A DNA stretch of 64,000 nt from an uncultured Bacteroidota bacterium (GTDB taxonomy: Bacteria > Bacteroidota > Rhodothermia > Rhodothermales > DATKEJ01). Shown here piece after piece: positions 18,477 to 29,117 of the stretch. Position numbers and translations under genes: made by a program. The stretch spans positions 272,529-336,528 of the forward strand of contig CAVYJC010000002.1 of the NCBI GenBank assembly GCA_963768715.1, written 5' to 3'. Position 1 is the first letter of the stretch. The number at the start of each line of letters is the position of its first letter. The notes beneath the pieces were generated by a model, which worked only from the letters and a program-made list of their open reading frames with translations, was not told where the DNA came from and did not search any database.

Positions 18477-20470
18477 CGGGCCTCCTGAGGGTGAAAACGT
18501 ACCGCCTGCCCGCCACCCGGCGCCATTCGAACCGTCAGCACGCTGTCGCGCGTCACGGTAGTGTGCTCGATTCTGGTGTCTGTCTGGTTTGTCCGGTAAT
18601 CGGCATCCGGCCCATCCGCATAGATTTCCGCCACGTATTGTCGCCCGTTGTCGAGGAAAGTGAGCGGAATCTCGAGCGTCCTGGCCTGCTCGTCGGTCAC
18701 GGCGCCTAGATACCAGTCGTCGCTGTGACGATCCCTGCGTGCGATCGCGACATAGTCTCCAATCTTCGCCGCCGGCACGACGGTGTCTTCCCAATCGGTG
18801 GGAACGTCCTGGATAAACTTGAAGGCGGGATTCCCCTCGTAATTTTCTGGCAGGTCGGCCACCATCTGGAGAGGACTGTAGATCACCACGTAGAAGGCGA
18901 GCTGACGGGCGATGGTGGACGGCACGACATTGTCGGGTCTGGTCTCGAAATCGTGATCGAAGATTCCGGGCGTCATGTCGAACGGCCCGGCCAGCACCCT
19001 GGTAAAGGGCAATATGGTGGCATGCTCGGGGGGATTCCCACCATTGGCGCCCCATGCGTTGTACTCCATCCCACGTGCGCCCTCACGCGTCATCATGTTC
19101 GGCCAGGTTCGGCGGATGCCGGTGTCCTTGATAGGCTCATGGACGTCCAGCATGATGTGCTTGCTCGCCGCGAGCTCAACGACGCGCCGGTAGTGGCGCA
19201 CCATGAACTGACCATGGTGCGGCTCGCCGCCGTCCACTCGATCGCCGACGTAGCCGGTCTTGACGACGTTGATGCCGAGGCGCTCATCCAAATCGAACGC
19301 GTCTTCCATCTGGCGCTCATAGTTGAGGACGCCGGCACTGGTTTCATGGTGACCGATGAGTCGGACGCCCTTTGACCGGGCATACGCGGTCACTTCCTCG
19401 ATGTCGAAGTCGGGATACGGCTGCGTAAAGCTGAAAACGTTGCCGTTGTTGAACCAGTCGCCGTCCCATCCGACGTTCCACCCTTCGACGAGCACACCGA
19501 GAAACCCATTCTTGGCCGCGAAATCCAAATACCTCTTGGCGCGTTCTGTTGTGGCGCCGTGATTCGGCCCCGATTCCCAGGTGTACAGGTTGATATGCAT
19601 TCCCCACCAGATCCCGGCGTACTTCCCGGGCGTAATCCACGACGTGTCTTCGATGCGATTCGGGTCGTTCAGGTTGAGGATCAGGTACGACGTAATCAAG
19701 TCTCCCGGGCTCCTTGCGATCTGAATCGTTCGCCATGGGGAAACATGGGGCGCGGTGACCTTCGCGCGCGTCCCGTCGGCCCAGGGTATCAAATTCGCCT
19801 TCAGGACGTTGCCACCGACGTTTTCCAGGGTCATACTCGGAAAATCGGTGAGGTTGGCTTCATGGAGACTCAGAAATAGGCCGTCGGCCGTCGACATGGT
19901 GAGTGGCGTGTGTACAGTATCCAACTCACTGACGGGCGACTCGGTGTAGAGATATTCGTAGCGATTGCTTCTATACGCTGGAATCCACCACGCCGTATGG
20001 TCACCCGCGAGCGCGAACTCGGTGCGCTCGTCCGCGATGTCGAAGGCGTGCATCGACGGCTGATCCGGGAATTCGTATCGGAACCCTACGCCATCATCGA
20101 ATACCTTGAACAGGACGACGAGCTCGCGCCCGGACGAGGCACTCTCCTTGAGACGGACTCGCAGCTTGTTGTGGTGATCTCGAATGAAGTGTCTCTCACC
20201 CCAAACCTGTTCCCACGTCGTGTCGGCGGACCCCATTTCGGCACTGCTGATCGCAAACGACTCTCCAAAATCGGGAGCCCCCTTCACAGCAAAACCGAGC
20301 CTCGATGGCAATACTACCGGGCGACCGAACGCATCCACGGAGTAGAGAGGTGTCCCGCCGCTCACCCATGCTCGTACGACGACGTTACCGGAAGGTGAGT
20401 TAACGATCAGCGTGTCTGGCGGCGTTGCGATCGACACGATGCTCAGCATCAGGAATGCCATCACAGCCAT
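18473..20470 (-). CDS. Glycoside hydrolase family 97 (SusB-like alpha-glucosidase)
   Basis: 665 aa. GH97-typical blocks: PWRTIQIA, GFLGVLVEGWNVGWDGDW, GHHETSAG, VKTGYVGD, DVHEPIKDTGIRRTWPNMMTREGARGMEYNAWG. Confidence 0.85.
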   Translation of the reverse strand: MAVMAFLMLSIVSIATPPDTLIVNSPSGNVVVRAWVSGGTPLYSVDAFGRPVVLPSRLGFAVKGAPDFGESFAISSAEMGSADTTWEQVWGERHFIRDHHNKLRVRLKESASSGRELVVLFKVFDDGVGFRYEFPDQPSMHAFDIADERTEFALAGDHTAWWIPAYRSNRYEYLYTESPVSELDTVHTPLTMSTADGLFLSLHEANLTDFPSMTLENVGGNVLKANLIPWADGTRAKVTAPHVSPWRTIQIARSPGDLITSYLILNLNDPNRIEDTSWITPGKYAGIWWGMHINLYTWESGPNHGATTERAKRYLDFAAKNGFLGVLVEGWNVGWDGDWFNNGNVFSFTQPYPDFDIEEVTAYARSKGVRLIGHHETSAGVLNYERQMEDAFDLDERLGINVVKTGYVGDRVDGGEPHHGQFMVRHYRRVVELAASKHIMLDVHEPIKDTGIRRTWPNMMTREGARGMEYNAWGANGGNPPEHATILPFTRVLAGPFDMTPGIFDHDFETRPDNVVPSTIARQLAFYVVIYSPLQMVADLPENYEGNPAFKFIQDVPTDWEDTVVPAAKIGDYVAIARRDRHSDDWYLGAVTDEQARTLEIPLTFLDNGRQYVAEIYADGPDADYRTNQTDTRIEHTTVTRDSVLTVRMAPGGGQAVRFHPQEAR

Positions 20471-20688
20471 TTGGGCTCTTCGTCTGGATGAATGGGTCGG
20501 ACAGGAGGATCCGCCTGCGGTCGTTTACAGACCACGCGCTGGAAGTCTGTACCGTGCAGACGACAGAATGTACGATTCTGCACGTCTCTATGTAAGTCCG
20601 CCCGCATAGGGCCGTCGGGGTAGACACTGTCGGCCCTCAAGCGTTGCCACAGGGCTCGAAACAGCGGACTTGCCCGATGAATAGCACA

Positions 20689-20717
20689 AGGGCGGGGATC
20701 GTTTGAATCCCCGCCCT
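20689..20717 (-). terminator. Hairpin immediately downstream of the SusD-like gene (possible intrinsic terminator)
   Basis: Perfect 11-bp stem AGGGCGGGGAT / ATCCCCGCCCT with a 7-nt loop, about 30 nt after the stop at 20747. The downstream T tract on the minus strand is weak (TTGTGCTATT). Confidence 0.45.
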
Positions 20718-20746
20718 CGAAAAGACCATGGCCGATTGTAAGCCGC

Positions 20747-22090
20747 CTAGATCGCCGGGTCGGCCGGCGTATTCGGGTTATTCTCCCGCTCCGTCTGGGG
20801 ATAGGGATAGAAGTTCCGGTTCCGCTCGAACGAGTCGTAGTTAGGGGGGCTCGCCTGAATGGGCCGATTGAATCGCCGGCTGTCCTCGAGCGAAAGGCCT
20901 GTCAAGAACAGTTCAATCCGTCGGTTCAGGTATATAGCGTTCAATATGGCGTCCTGTGTGTCGGGGCCGTCATAGGCGCCAAGACCTGCATTCACGCCCC
21001 AAGGATCGTCGGTTTTCTGCAGCACGACATTCAGTGAGGCAACGGCGCCCCCGAGGTTACCCGACCGTGCCGCCGCTTCCGCCTTGATCAGGTACATCTC
21101 ACCGGGGAGATAGACCGGAATGGACTTCGAGTCACCGTCATAGAAACCGAGCATGACCCCAACGGGGAGCCGCGAGGTTTCCCCAAGGTCGTCGCTCGGC
21201 CCGAGGTAGAACGCTTTGCGGCCGTCCGAATCGGACACGACATACTCGGTTGAATCAATCCCGAAATTGTCCACCGGCTTGTACGTCGCCGGCTCTTGCG
21301 TTGTCTCTACATACATCGGGTTTACGTTCCCACCGGTCGGCTCGTACCTCCATTCGGAAATCGTCGAGGCACCCGAAATGGCGGCGTCGGCCGCAGCGCT
21401 GGCTGCCGAACTATTGCCCAGGAAGCCGTTGTATCGCGCCAGATAGGCGTTCAGGACCGCAGCCAAGTCGAAGTTCGAGGACCCAAGCACAGCCGTCTGG
21501 AACGCGGCCGGTACGCCGGCACCGCCCAGGGCACTGAGTCCGGCCTCGAGGTGTTGGATAGCCAACTCCAGGGCTGTCGCTCTAGGAACGAATTCGCCCT
21601 CGCCGTTCGGGCTCACATCCATCGGGAACGACTCGAAGAACATGTAGAGGTTACCCAGCGTGATCGCTTTGAACAGATGACCAAACGCCAGGAAAGCGTT
21701 CCGCGTTGGCGCATTTCCAATCACGTTGGGGGAGTGATCAATGATGGCCTCAGCCATCCCCATTACGCGATAGCTGCTCGCCCAGATGGCGGTCGTGATC
21801 CCATTTTCGGCAGTCAGATTGGACCCACCCGCTTCGAGATCCAGCGGATTCGTGTAGCCCAGGACCACCCCAAACTCCCGGGTGCTGCAACCGGAAGCCC
21901 GGATGAAGACGTCCAGTGAGTTGACTTCATATTCGCGTTTCATGCCGATCGCCAGCGCCTGAAGGCCGTCAACCGTGTTGACCACCTGGTCTTCACTCGC
22001 TGCGTTCGGGTTTTCAAAGGTGTCGCAGGACGTTCCGAACATTGAGATCGAGAGCCCGAATGCGACTGCTAAGATGGTTTTGCGTCTCAT
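20747..22090 (-). CDS. RagB/SusD-family outer-membrane nutrient-binding lipoprotein
   Basis: 447 aa with lipoprotein signal MRRKTILAVAFGLSISMFGTSCD. Starts 18 nt after the SusC-like stop. Size and alpha-helical character are typical of SusD. Confidence 0.8.
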   Translation of the reverse strand: MRRKTILAVAFGLSISMFGTSCDTFENPNAASEDQVVNTVDGLQALAIGMKREYEVNSLDVFIRASGCSTREFGVVLGYTNPLDLEAGGSNLTAENGITTAIWASSYRVMGMAEAIIDHSPNVIGNAPTRNAFLAFGHLFKAITLGNLYMFFESFPMDVSPNGEGEFVPRATALELAIQHLEAGLSALGGAGVPAAFQTAVLGSSNFDLAAVLNAYLARYNGFLGNSSAASAAADAAISGASTISEWRYEPTGGNVNPMYVETTQEPATYKPVDNFGIDSTEYVVSDSDGRKAFYLGPSDDLGETSRLPVGVMLGFYDGDSKSIPVYLPGEMYLIKAEAAARSGNLGGAVASLNVVLQKTDDPWGVNAGLGAYDGPDTQDAILNAIYLNRRIELFLTGLSLEDSRRFNRPIQASPPNYDSFERNRNFYPYPQTERENNPNTPADPAI

Positions 22091-22108
22091 AATTATCAGG
22101 CCTTCAGA

Positions 22109-25100
22109 TTAAAAGTCGATAGTAAAACCGGCGATGACCGTTCGCGGAATAGGCACCGCGCCAAAGTCAAAGCCGGAGACTCCCGTGTCACGCCCCGAAA
22201 TAGACGTTTCCGGATCATATCCGCGGTAGTCGTCGATCGATACGAGGTTGCGTCCCGAAAGCCGGATTTCGACGGACCGTACCCATTTGGTCGAAGGTCG
22301 AATCGTGTACGATACCATGATCTCGCGGAGCTTGACGAACGAACCGTCTTCGACGTACTCCTCGTCGATGAGGCCGCTGCCGGCGGCGTTCGCCCAACCT
22401 TTGACCCGATCGCACATCTTTCCATTGGGGCCGCATTCAACTTGCGGCGGATTGTCGAGTAACTCGAGGCCGTAGTCGTAGCCGCCCCGGTAGTTGTGCC
22501 GATCGAAATTCCGCCTGTCCCAGTTGTAAACGTCGAATCCCTGGACGGCATCCCACTGCATACGGAATCCCCACTTGTGGTAGTTGAAGTCCGTAATGAA
22601 TGAGCCGATCCAGTTGGGATCCGCACTGCCCAGGATAACCGACATGGGAGATCCGGTCGGCTGGCCATCGGCGTCACGCATCGCACCGGGAACAACTCCT
22701 GCGCACTGCGCGCCCGACATGGTCCCTTCGAGGACGCAGGCGTCGTAGACGGCCTGGCTGCCACGCTCGGGTTGCGGGAGGCCACCCGGGGTCAGGAGGA
22801 GTGACCCGTCCTCACTGCGCGCGTACGGCGTCTCGTAGAACACACCCAGCGGTTGTCCCTCAATCGCCCATTGTCTCGAGAAGTTGCCGTTTGCGATCGG
22901 GAACTTCGGGCCGGCGATGTGGACGACCTCGTTGCTATTCGTACTGAACGTTCCGGTCACACTGAGCCTCACATCACGCTTCTGAAGAATCGTTCCGCGA
23001 ACGAGGATCTCAAGGCCCTTGTTGGTCAGCTCACCCACGTTTTCAATTCGGCTATTGGCGCTCGTAGACGGCGCCAACACGCGCTGGAGCAGCAGATCCT
23101 CGACTTTCTGATGATAGTACGTGACTTCAAACGCGAGCTTGTTCTTCAGCAAAGCGAAATCCGTTCCGAGTTCCAGCTCGGTCTGCGTCTCCGGCTTGAT
23201 GTTCTCGTCTCCGAGCTGCGTCGAGGGTACGAGTCCAGTCTGACCGAGGAAGGGCAGCGGATTGTAGTTCGTGAACCGCTCGAACGGCCCGATGCCCGTC
23301 AGGTTACCAGACTGGCCCCAGGATGCCCGAAGCTTCATCGACGGGATCAAGCTGCCGAGATTCTCCTTCCAGAAGCTCTCCTCAGACAACACCCACGATC
23401 CGCTGACTTTCGGATAGAACTGGGAGTTCTCGTTGGCCCCGAAGACGGACGATCCGTCAATCCTTCCCGATCCGGTCAAGAAAATCTTGTTCTGGTATCC
23501 AAACGTCTCCTGCAAATAACCGCCCCGCACACTCCGCTCCGAGATGAGGTCGGAGCTGGCCGTAATGGTACCGCCGTCGATGGTCTCGACGATCGGTCCC
23601 AGGTTCGACGCTTCGTTGATGATCTGCTCGTACTTCTCGTACTGATACGTGAACCCGGCGCCGGTCGTCGACACGAGGCTCGGCGTCAGGTTTCGGTTGT
23701 ACTGCGCATTGACGTCGGCGTTTAACATCTTGTTGGTCAAATCGCCGCGGCGAGTGTATCCGTCCGGATCCGCGACCGTTCCCACGGGCTTAAAGCCCCG
23801 GGCGATCTGTGTGTACTCATCATAGCCGAGAATGGCATCCACCGAGAAGCCCGCCCACGGGGTCAGTCCGAGATCCAGATTCGTCGTGGATCGGTTGACT
23901 TCCTGAGTGTACTTGTAGATATCAACCACTTCATAGGGGTTGCCAAAGGCCGTGATACCGACGGCGGGATAATTGCCGAGCTCATCCGGCGTCGCGTCAG
24001 CCGTGTGCGGGAGAAATTGCAACGCCGAAATCGATCCGTCGAAGAAGCCGGGCCCCCCTGTCGGAATGTCATTGCTGAAACTCCGCGCGAAGCTCGTCCC
24101 CACCTTGACCACCGCCCAATCGTTCAACACCTGATTCAGGTTGGCACGGACCGTCGACCGATTGAAATCGGCATTTCGCACGATCCCCTGGTTGTAATAA
24201 TTCGACGCGGACATGAAGTAATTGGTGGAACCGGTGCCCCCCGAAATCGAGAGGTAATCTTCGTTTCCAACCCCGGTATGGAAGATGTAGTCCTGGTAGT
24301 CGTAGCGATTGACGGCCACCTTTTCGAGGTTCGAATTGTCGGACGGGGTGACCCAGTCGTAAGGCGCGTTGTTGACCTTGACCGTCTTTCTGACATCATT
24401 CACGACCATGTTTGACGTGAACGTTACCTTTGGCGCCCCTGTCTGACCTCGCTTGGTGAAGATCTGAACGACACCGTTGCTGGCGCGCGAACCATAGATC
24501 GCCGCAGCGGCGGCTCCCTTGATAATTTCGATGTGATCTATGTCGCGCGGGTTCAGGTCGACGAGACGGTTCTGAACGCCCCCGCTACCGACCGTCACAA
24601 GTTCGTTGGAGCCGTTGTCAACGATGACACCGTCGACAATGTAGAGCGGTTCAGAGCCGGAGTTGATCGTGCTGATGCCACGCAAAGTGACCGAAATCGC
24701 ACCGGCCGGAGAGCCGGAAGTCTGTTTCACGAGCGCGCCGGTAATCTTACCTGACATCGCCTGGGTGATATCGATTGCGTCCGCATCGCGGATCGCCCCG
24801 GCATTAACCGTCGAGATCGCGTTGCCCAATTGCCGTTTCTCGGTGCTCCCCGACGTACCCGTAACGACGACCTCCTCGAAGCCAAGCAGGTCCTCCTCCA
24901 GCTCGACGTCGTACGTGCCGGACTTGGAAACCGTGACATCTTTACTGGTATAGCCGATCGAGGTGAATACGAGCGTGAACTGCGACTGGTCGGTCTCGAC
25001 GTGGAGGATGTACTCACCGTCTACCGTCGTTGCGGTACCCTGGGTCGTCCCGGCCACCCGAACGTTTACAAGCGGCAACGGATTGCCGCCTCGGTCCGTC

Positions 25101-25231
25101 ACGGTTCCGTCAACCTCGAACGCATTCTGTGCAAGGACCGGGGTCCACGACAGTAGGAAGAAACAAGCAAACGAAACCCTTGTTGGTCCGTGGAGAAGAC
25201 GCGCCAACGCGCGCAGTGTGGATAAAGCCAT
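22109..25231 (-). CDS. SusC/RagA-family TonB-linked outer-membrane transporter
   Basis: 1040 aa. CarboxypepD_reg-like N-terminus (VDGTVTDRGGNPLPLVNVRVAGTTQGTATTVDGEY). Plug region (IDHIEIIKGAAAAAIYGSRASNGVVQIFTKRG). Ends ...AGFTIDF and is followed by SusD. Confidence 0.9.
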   Translation of the reverse strand: MALSTLRALARLLHGPTRVSFACFFLLSWTPVLAQNAFEVDGTVTDRGGNPLPLVNVRVAGTTQGTATTVDGEYILHVETDQSQFTLVFTSIGYTSKDVTVSKSGTYDVELEEDLLGFEEVVVTGTSGSTEKRQLGNAISTVNAGAIRDADAIDITQAMSGKITGALVKQTSGSPAGAISVTLRGISTINSGSEPLYIVDGVIVDNGSNELVTVGSGGVQNRLVDLNPRDIDHIEIIKGAAAAAIYGSRASNGVVQIFTKRGQTGAPKVTFTSNMVVNDVRKTVKVNNAPYDWVTPSDNSNLEKVAVNRYDYQDYIFHTGVGNEDYLSISGGTGSTNYFMSASNYYNQGIVRNADFNRSTVRANLNQVLNDWAVVKVGTSFARSFSNDIPTGGPGFFDGSISALQFLPHTADATPDELGNYPAVGITAFGNPYEVVDIYKYTQEVNRSTTNLDLGLTPWAGFSVDAILGYDEYTQIARGFKPVGTVADPDGYTRRGDLTNKMLNADVNAQYNRNLTPSLVSTTGAGFTYQYEKYEQIINEASNLGPIVETIDGGTITASSDLISERSVRGGYLQETFGYQNKIFLTGSGRIDGSSVFGANENSQFYPKVSGSWVLSEESFWKENLGSLIPSMKLRASWGQSGNLTGIGPFERFTNYNPLPFLGQTGLVPSTQLGDENIKPETQTELELGTDFALLKNKLAFEVTYYHQKVEDLLLQRVLAPSTSANSRIENVGELTNKGLEILVRGTILQKRDVRLSVTGTFSTNSNEVVHIAGPKFPIANGNFSRQWAIEGQPLGVFYETPYARSEDGSLLLTPGGLPQPERGSQAVYDACVLEGTMSGAQCAGVVPGAMRDADGQPTGSPMSVILGSADPNWIGSFITDFNYHKWGFRMQWDAVQGFDVYNWDRRNFDRHNYRGGYDYGLELLDNPPQVECGPNGKMCDRVKGWANAAGSGLIDEEYVEDGSFVKLREIMVSYTIRPSTKWVRSVEIRLSGRNLVSIDDYRGYDPETSISGRDTGVSGFDFGAVPIPRTVIAGFTIDF

Positions 25232-25383
25232 GGCACAAACGTGTTTTGATGTGCTCTTGCAAGTCCTGAAACAAGAAACGAAGGCTGAAGTGATGCCGAC
25301 CCTGGTCCAGGTCCTCTGTGGTGAACAGCCGGATGCAATCTACTTTTGGCGGAGGATTACTACAAGGGATAGATAATTGTATT

Positions 25384-25418
25384 GGTGCTAGGTGCTGGGT
25401 GCTCGGTTCTGGGTGCGG
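25384..25418. repeat. Tandem heptamers (GGTGCTN x5) in the divergent SusC / FN3-gene intergenic region
   Basis: ggtgcta ggtgctg ggtgctc ggttctg ggtgcgg read directly from the sequence. Confidence 0.9.
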
Positions 25419-25587
25419 AGCCTGCCCGAACGAGTGAGTCGGAGGTTCCAAAACCATGCCTCAACGTGATCGATCTCGGAGAGGTACTCGGCGCTCGGTG
25501 CTCAGCTCGCATCGAGGCTGCAATCAGCATTGGGGGGTGCCGGGTTTCACGCGTTTTGAGTGCGTTGGACACACCTCAAGGTCAGTC

Positions 25588-25627
25588 GACCGGCAGACTG
25601 GCAGACTGGCCGACCGGCAGACCGGCG
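25588..25627. repeat. Tandem octamers (GACYGGCN x5) in the same intergenic region
   Basis: gaccggca gactggca gactggcc gaccggca gaccggcg read directly from the sequence. Confidence 0.9.
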
Positions 25628-25851
25628 CCCTCCACCGCGGCTACTAATTGCTGATTGCTGAAGAATTGCGATGAAGACCCGAAACGCAGCTTGCATATGC
25701 ACGTAATTCGGCGTTCCTTTTAGCATCAAACATACTCATGGGCGCGCCGTGAACGGGCGATCCGACCCCGATGTCGGTCCTGACGTTCGGAAGTGCAAGC
25801 AACCTGGAATCGCCCGTCACAACGAGTCCCACAACGTGACGGAGGTCATCC

Positions 25852-28389
25852 ATGAGCAGATTGTTTCGAATACTCAACCTGAGTACGACGGCCATTGTTG
25901 TGCTCGTTCTTTCCGGGGTGCTACAGTCTGCCGGCGCCCAGAATCTTGGCAAGCGCAGCGGTTACGGTACCAGCGGATACGTCTGCCCTTAAGGCGAAGC
26001 TCGAGCTGCGAAGCGCGATGCGACTCTCGAAGACGTCGTTGATTGTGCCGGACTCTTTGGCCAACACGGGGTTCGAGGACGATACGCTCCTGCTCGACCC
26101 GTGGGCGGTGATCGATTCCGGTAGCGGCTCGTGGTTCGTCCAGATGGACACGCTCTCGCCGGTAAATGGCAACCTGGTGCCCGAGCCGACTGAGGGGGAG
26201 CAGGCAGCCATGACGGATCAGGGCGATCCGGGAACTCACATCCTCTTCCAGGATGTGGCGCTTCTCAGTCCCCCTGCTACGATCGGATTGAAGTACGACA
26301 TGTACGTCCATAGTCATGCCGACTGGGTCGTCCCGTCAACCGGAACACTGAGCGCAAACGATACCGTGAACCAGCACGTAAGGGTCGACATCATGGACCC
26401 AAATGCGGAGGTGGACGACGTCGGTGCCGGTGTGTGGATGAACCTCTACCGTCCGGTGCCGATGGTCGATACAACCGAATCAGGTTACACGGAAATGTCG
26501 GCCGACCTGAGCGCATTTGCCGGACAGACGGTGCGGCTTCGGTTTGCGGAAGTCGACAACCAGGACGTTCTGAATTTCGGTGTCGATAACGTTCGATTGA
26601 TGCAGACGCCGATCCTTCCCGCGACGCCGACGCTGCTGACTCCGCTGAACGGGGCGACCGACATTCCGCTCGAAGGCGTGGAATTGAGGTGGTCGGCAGT
26701 GACGTATGCGAACAGGTACAATGTCCAGGTAGCCACCGATCCGGAGTTCAGCTCCATTATCTGGTCGACGAACGTCGGGGCACACCAAGTGGATTTCGTG
26801 CCTCCGGATCCTGGTGTAACCTACTACTGGCGTGCCCAGTCGGAGGGCGTGCACGGCAAGTCGAAGTTCAGCGCACCGTTCCATTTCACGACGGTGATGC
26901 CGATCCCGAACACGCCGACGCTGCTGACGCCGCTGAATGGCGCGACGGATGTCCCGAATACTGTAGAACTGCGGTGGACAGCAGAAGAGTGGGCCTTGCG
27001 TTACAACGTGCAGGTTGCAACGGATGCCGCCTTTACGGCACTCGTCATGTCGACCAACGTACCGGCTGATCAGGTCAGCTTCGTCGCGCCCGCACCGGGC
27101 GTGACCTACTACTGGCGGGCGCAGTCGGTCGGGCAGTTCGGTAATTCCACGTTCTCTGCGCCGTTCCACTTTACGACCGTGAACCCACGGCCTGATGTCG
27201 TGACCTTGGTCGCCCCGGCATTCGGGTCGATGGATCTCGAAAGCCCGGTTACGCTGGAATGGAACGCTGCGGCAAACGCCGACGAGTATCTTGTCCAAGT
27301 GTCTCAGGATTCGATGTTCGCCGATACGCTCTCGTCGCTCACGACGTCGAATCTGACGATGGATTTCGTTCCTCCGTTCGCCGGCGCGACGTACTACTGG
27401 CGGGTGAATGGCATGGGCCCAGGGGGATCGAGCCCAGGATTTTCGGACGTCTGGAAGTTCAGCGTAGCCGCCGAGGGATCGCTCGTGCCGATGGCGCTCT
27501 ATCCTGAAGATGGCGCGACCGGTGTCCCGGTCGAAGTTTCTCTGAAATGGGAAGCACCGACCACCGCTCCCGGCAATGACGAGGCTGTATCGAAGACGTT
27601 GGAGATTGCCTTCTATCACGTTCAGGTGGCGACGGACGAATCCTTTGAGGATATGGTCGTCGACCAGGACAGCGTGATGGCGGACAGCCTCCACGTGACC
27701 GGTCTGATGCACGAGACCGAATACTACTGGCGTGTCGCCGGCGTCGACGCTCAGGGGAACTTCACGTTCAACGAGCCGAGCAGCTTCACGACAGTCATTG
27801 CGGCGCCTGCAGCGGTCACGCTCACTCGCTCCTGCGAACGGTGCGACAGAGGTATCCGGTGCTCCGGAGTTCTCGTGGCAGGCCATCGCAGGAGCTACAG
27901 CGTATCAGCTGCAGGTTTCGAAGGAGAATGGCGTTCGCCAGTCCCGTCATCGACGAGGATGCGCTAACAGGCTACCACCTTCAAGTCAACAACGGCGCTG
28001 GACTACAACACAGGCTACTTCTGGCGGGTCCGTGCGATGAACGAAGGCGGATGGGGAGAATGGTCAGAAGTGCACAGCTTTATGACGCGCGACTGGAACG
28101 GCCATCGAAGACGACGTGATTCCGGCATCATACGCGCTGCATGACAACTATCCGAACCCGTTCAATCCAAGTCGACGACTATCGCGTCGACCTTCCGGAG
28201 GCGGCACCGTCAAGCTGACCGTCTACGACGTGGAGGGCCACGAAGTAATGGTCGTCGCTTCGGGTCCAGCGGCTGCCGGCCGTCACAGCTATACGGTCGA
28301 CGGCTCGAAGCTTTCGAGCGGCATGTATCTGTATCGGATTGAGTCAGCCAAATTCAAGAAGACGAAGACAGATGGTGCTTCTGAAGTAG
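25852..28389 (+). pseudogene. FN3-like-repeat T9SS protein, paralogue 1, interrupted by several frameshifts (pseudogene or indel-ridden assembly)
   Basis: GGAGG at 25841-25845, then ATG at 25852 encoding signal peptide MSRLFRILNLSTTAIVVLVLSGVLQSAGAQ in a different frame from the main ORF 25895..27967. The body has ~95-aa repeats (PTLLTPLNGATD...RYNVQVATD...TYYWRAQS...FHFTT). The 3' end runs through ORFs 27732..28040, 27841..28119 and 28116..28550. The CTD (NYPNPFNPS...MYLYRIESAKFKKTKT) needs further indels to read ...MVLLK* ending at 28389. Confidence 0.65.
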
Positions 28390-28417
28390 TCCGAAGTCCG
28401 GGGTCCGGAGTCCGGAG
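28390..28417. repeat. Tandem heptamers TCCGRRG x4 directly after the stop codon
   Basis: tccgaag tccgggg tccggag tccggag. The same motif follows the stops of paralogues 2 and 3. Confidence 0.9.
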
Positions 28418-28507
28418 TCATCTTGACGACGGCCCGACAGGCACCGAAGAGTGTGCCGCCAACTACGGACCTAATGGACGACGCGGTAGTGGTCGAGAGG
28501 CCAACCA

Positions 28508-28538
28508 GGGGACGGCTCGTCGAAAGGCGGGCCGTCCC
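28508..28538 (+). terminator. Conserved 3' hairpin of the FN3-like paralogues (terminator-like)
   Basis: GGGACGGCTCG tcgaaagg CGGGCCGTCCC, an 11-bp stem with one G-U pair, followed by TTTAG. The identical hairpin recurs at 32258 and 34098. Confidence 0.55.
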
Positions 28539-28540
28539 TT

Positions 28541-28643
28541 TAGTCATTAGACACTAGTCATTGGTCACTGGTTGGTCGTCAGTCATTAGTCATTGGTCAT
28601 TGGTCATTGGTCACTAGTCATTGGTCACTAGTCATTGGTCATA
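28541..28643. repeat. Heptamer-based low-complexity tract (GTCATTG / GTCACTA units)
   Basis: tagtcattagacactagtcattggtcactgg...gtcattggtcattggtcattggtcactagtcattggtcactagtcattggtcat. Confidence 0.9.
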
Positions 28644-28689
28644 GGGGGGCGCGAGCCCTGAAAGCGGTGGCGCCTCCGTCGGGCAATGA

Positions 28690-28872
28690 GCCTTGATCAA
28701 GACGACGCCGGTCTCCGACGCAGCGCGCGCGGTGGGCTTCCGGGACATACGCCATTTCTCGAAACTGTTCCGACTGACGTTTGGGGTCCTGCCGGCCAAG
28801 TACCGCGACCAACCGCGGCGCGCCGGTTACCAGCCAGGATCGTCGGTTGGCCGATTCTTCCCACCTGAATGA
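28690..28872 (+). pseudogene. Orphan C-terminal fragment of an AraC/XylS-family HTH regulator
   Basis: Stop-to-stop frame with no start codon translates ...LIKTTPVSDAARAVGFRDIRHFSKLFRLTFGVLPAKYRDQPRR...*. This is the second HTH of AraC-type regulators; no upstream ligand or first-HTH part is present. Confidence 0.6.
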
Positions 28873-29117
28873 CCGGTTTTTCGCACCTAAATCGAGGTAA
28901 CTAAGAGCAGCCCGTGGGGCACGCACCACCTCGTTCTAGCGAATGCGTAGATGATCTGGGGAGCTCCGCGCAGCAGAGCGCCGCGAACCAGGCGCATCCG
29001 AAACCTTCCATCTCTCAACAGATGTATCTCATCATGTATCAGAAAACAGTCTCTCCCAATCCACTTGACTTTCTTCACAACCTACACGTGTTCCTGCGCG
29101 TCCGACAACCTCTCCGC

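Noticed and set aside
17391-18488. Long antisense or out-of-frame ORFs opposite well-supported genes. Examples: 17391..18488 (+), 38387..39544 (+), 49106..50242 (-), 13440..14318 (-), 9335..10360 (-), 60133..60999 (+), 57073..57831 (-), 43946..44671 (-).
   Set aside because: Each overlaps a gene with strong family signatures on the other strand or frame. Their compositions are Arg/Gly/Pro/Val-biased, as expected from GC-rich shadow frames. None has a signal, motif or RBS.
26480-27886. 468-aa ORF on the minus strand, the longest unexplained ORF in the track.
   Set aside because: It is antisense to the FN3-like gene, whose repeats and family motifs are clear on the plus strand. Its translation is Arg/His/Pro-rich low complexity (RRRNDCREAARLVERE..., RRERRERIGEHRILRHL) with no motif. 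This is a typical shadow ORF of high-GC DNA.
28541-28643. Regularly spaced short repeats (also 34132..34400) that could be mistaken for a CRISPR array.
   Set aside because: The units are 7 nt, or a 112-bp tandem unit, with no unique spacers of 25-40 nt between conserved 24-40-nt repeats. No cas genes are in the window.
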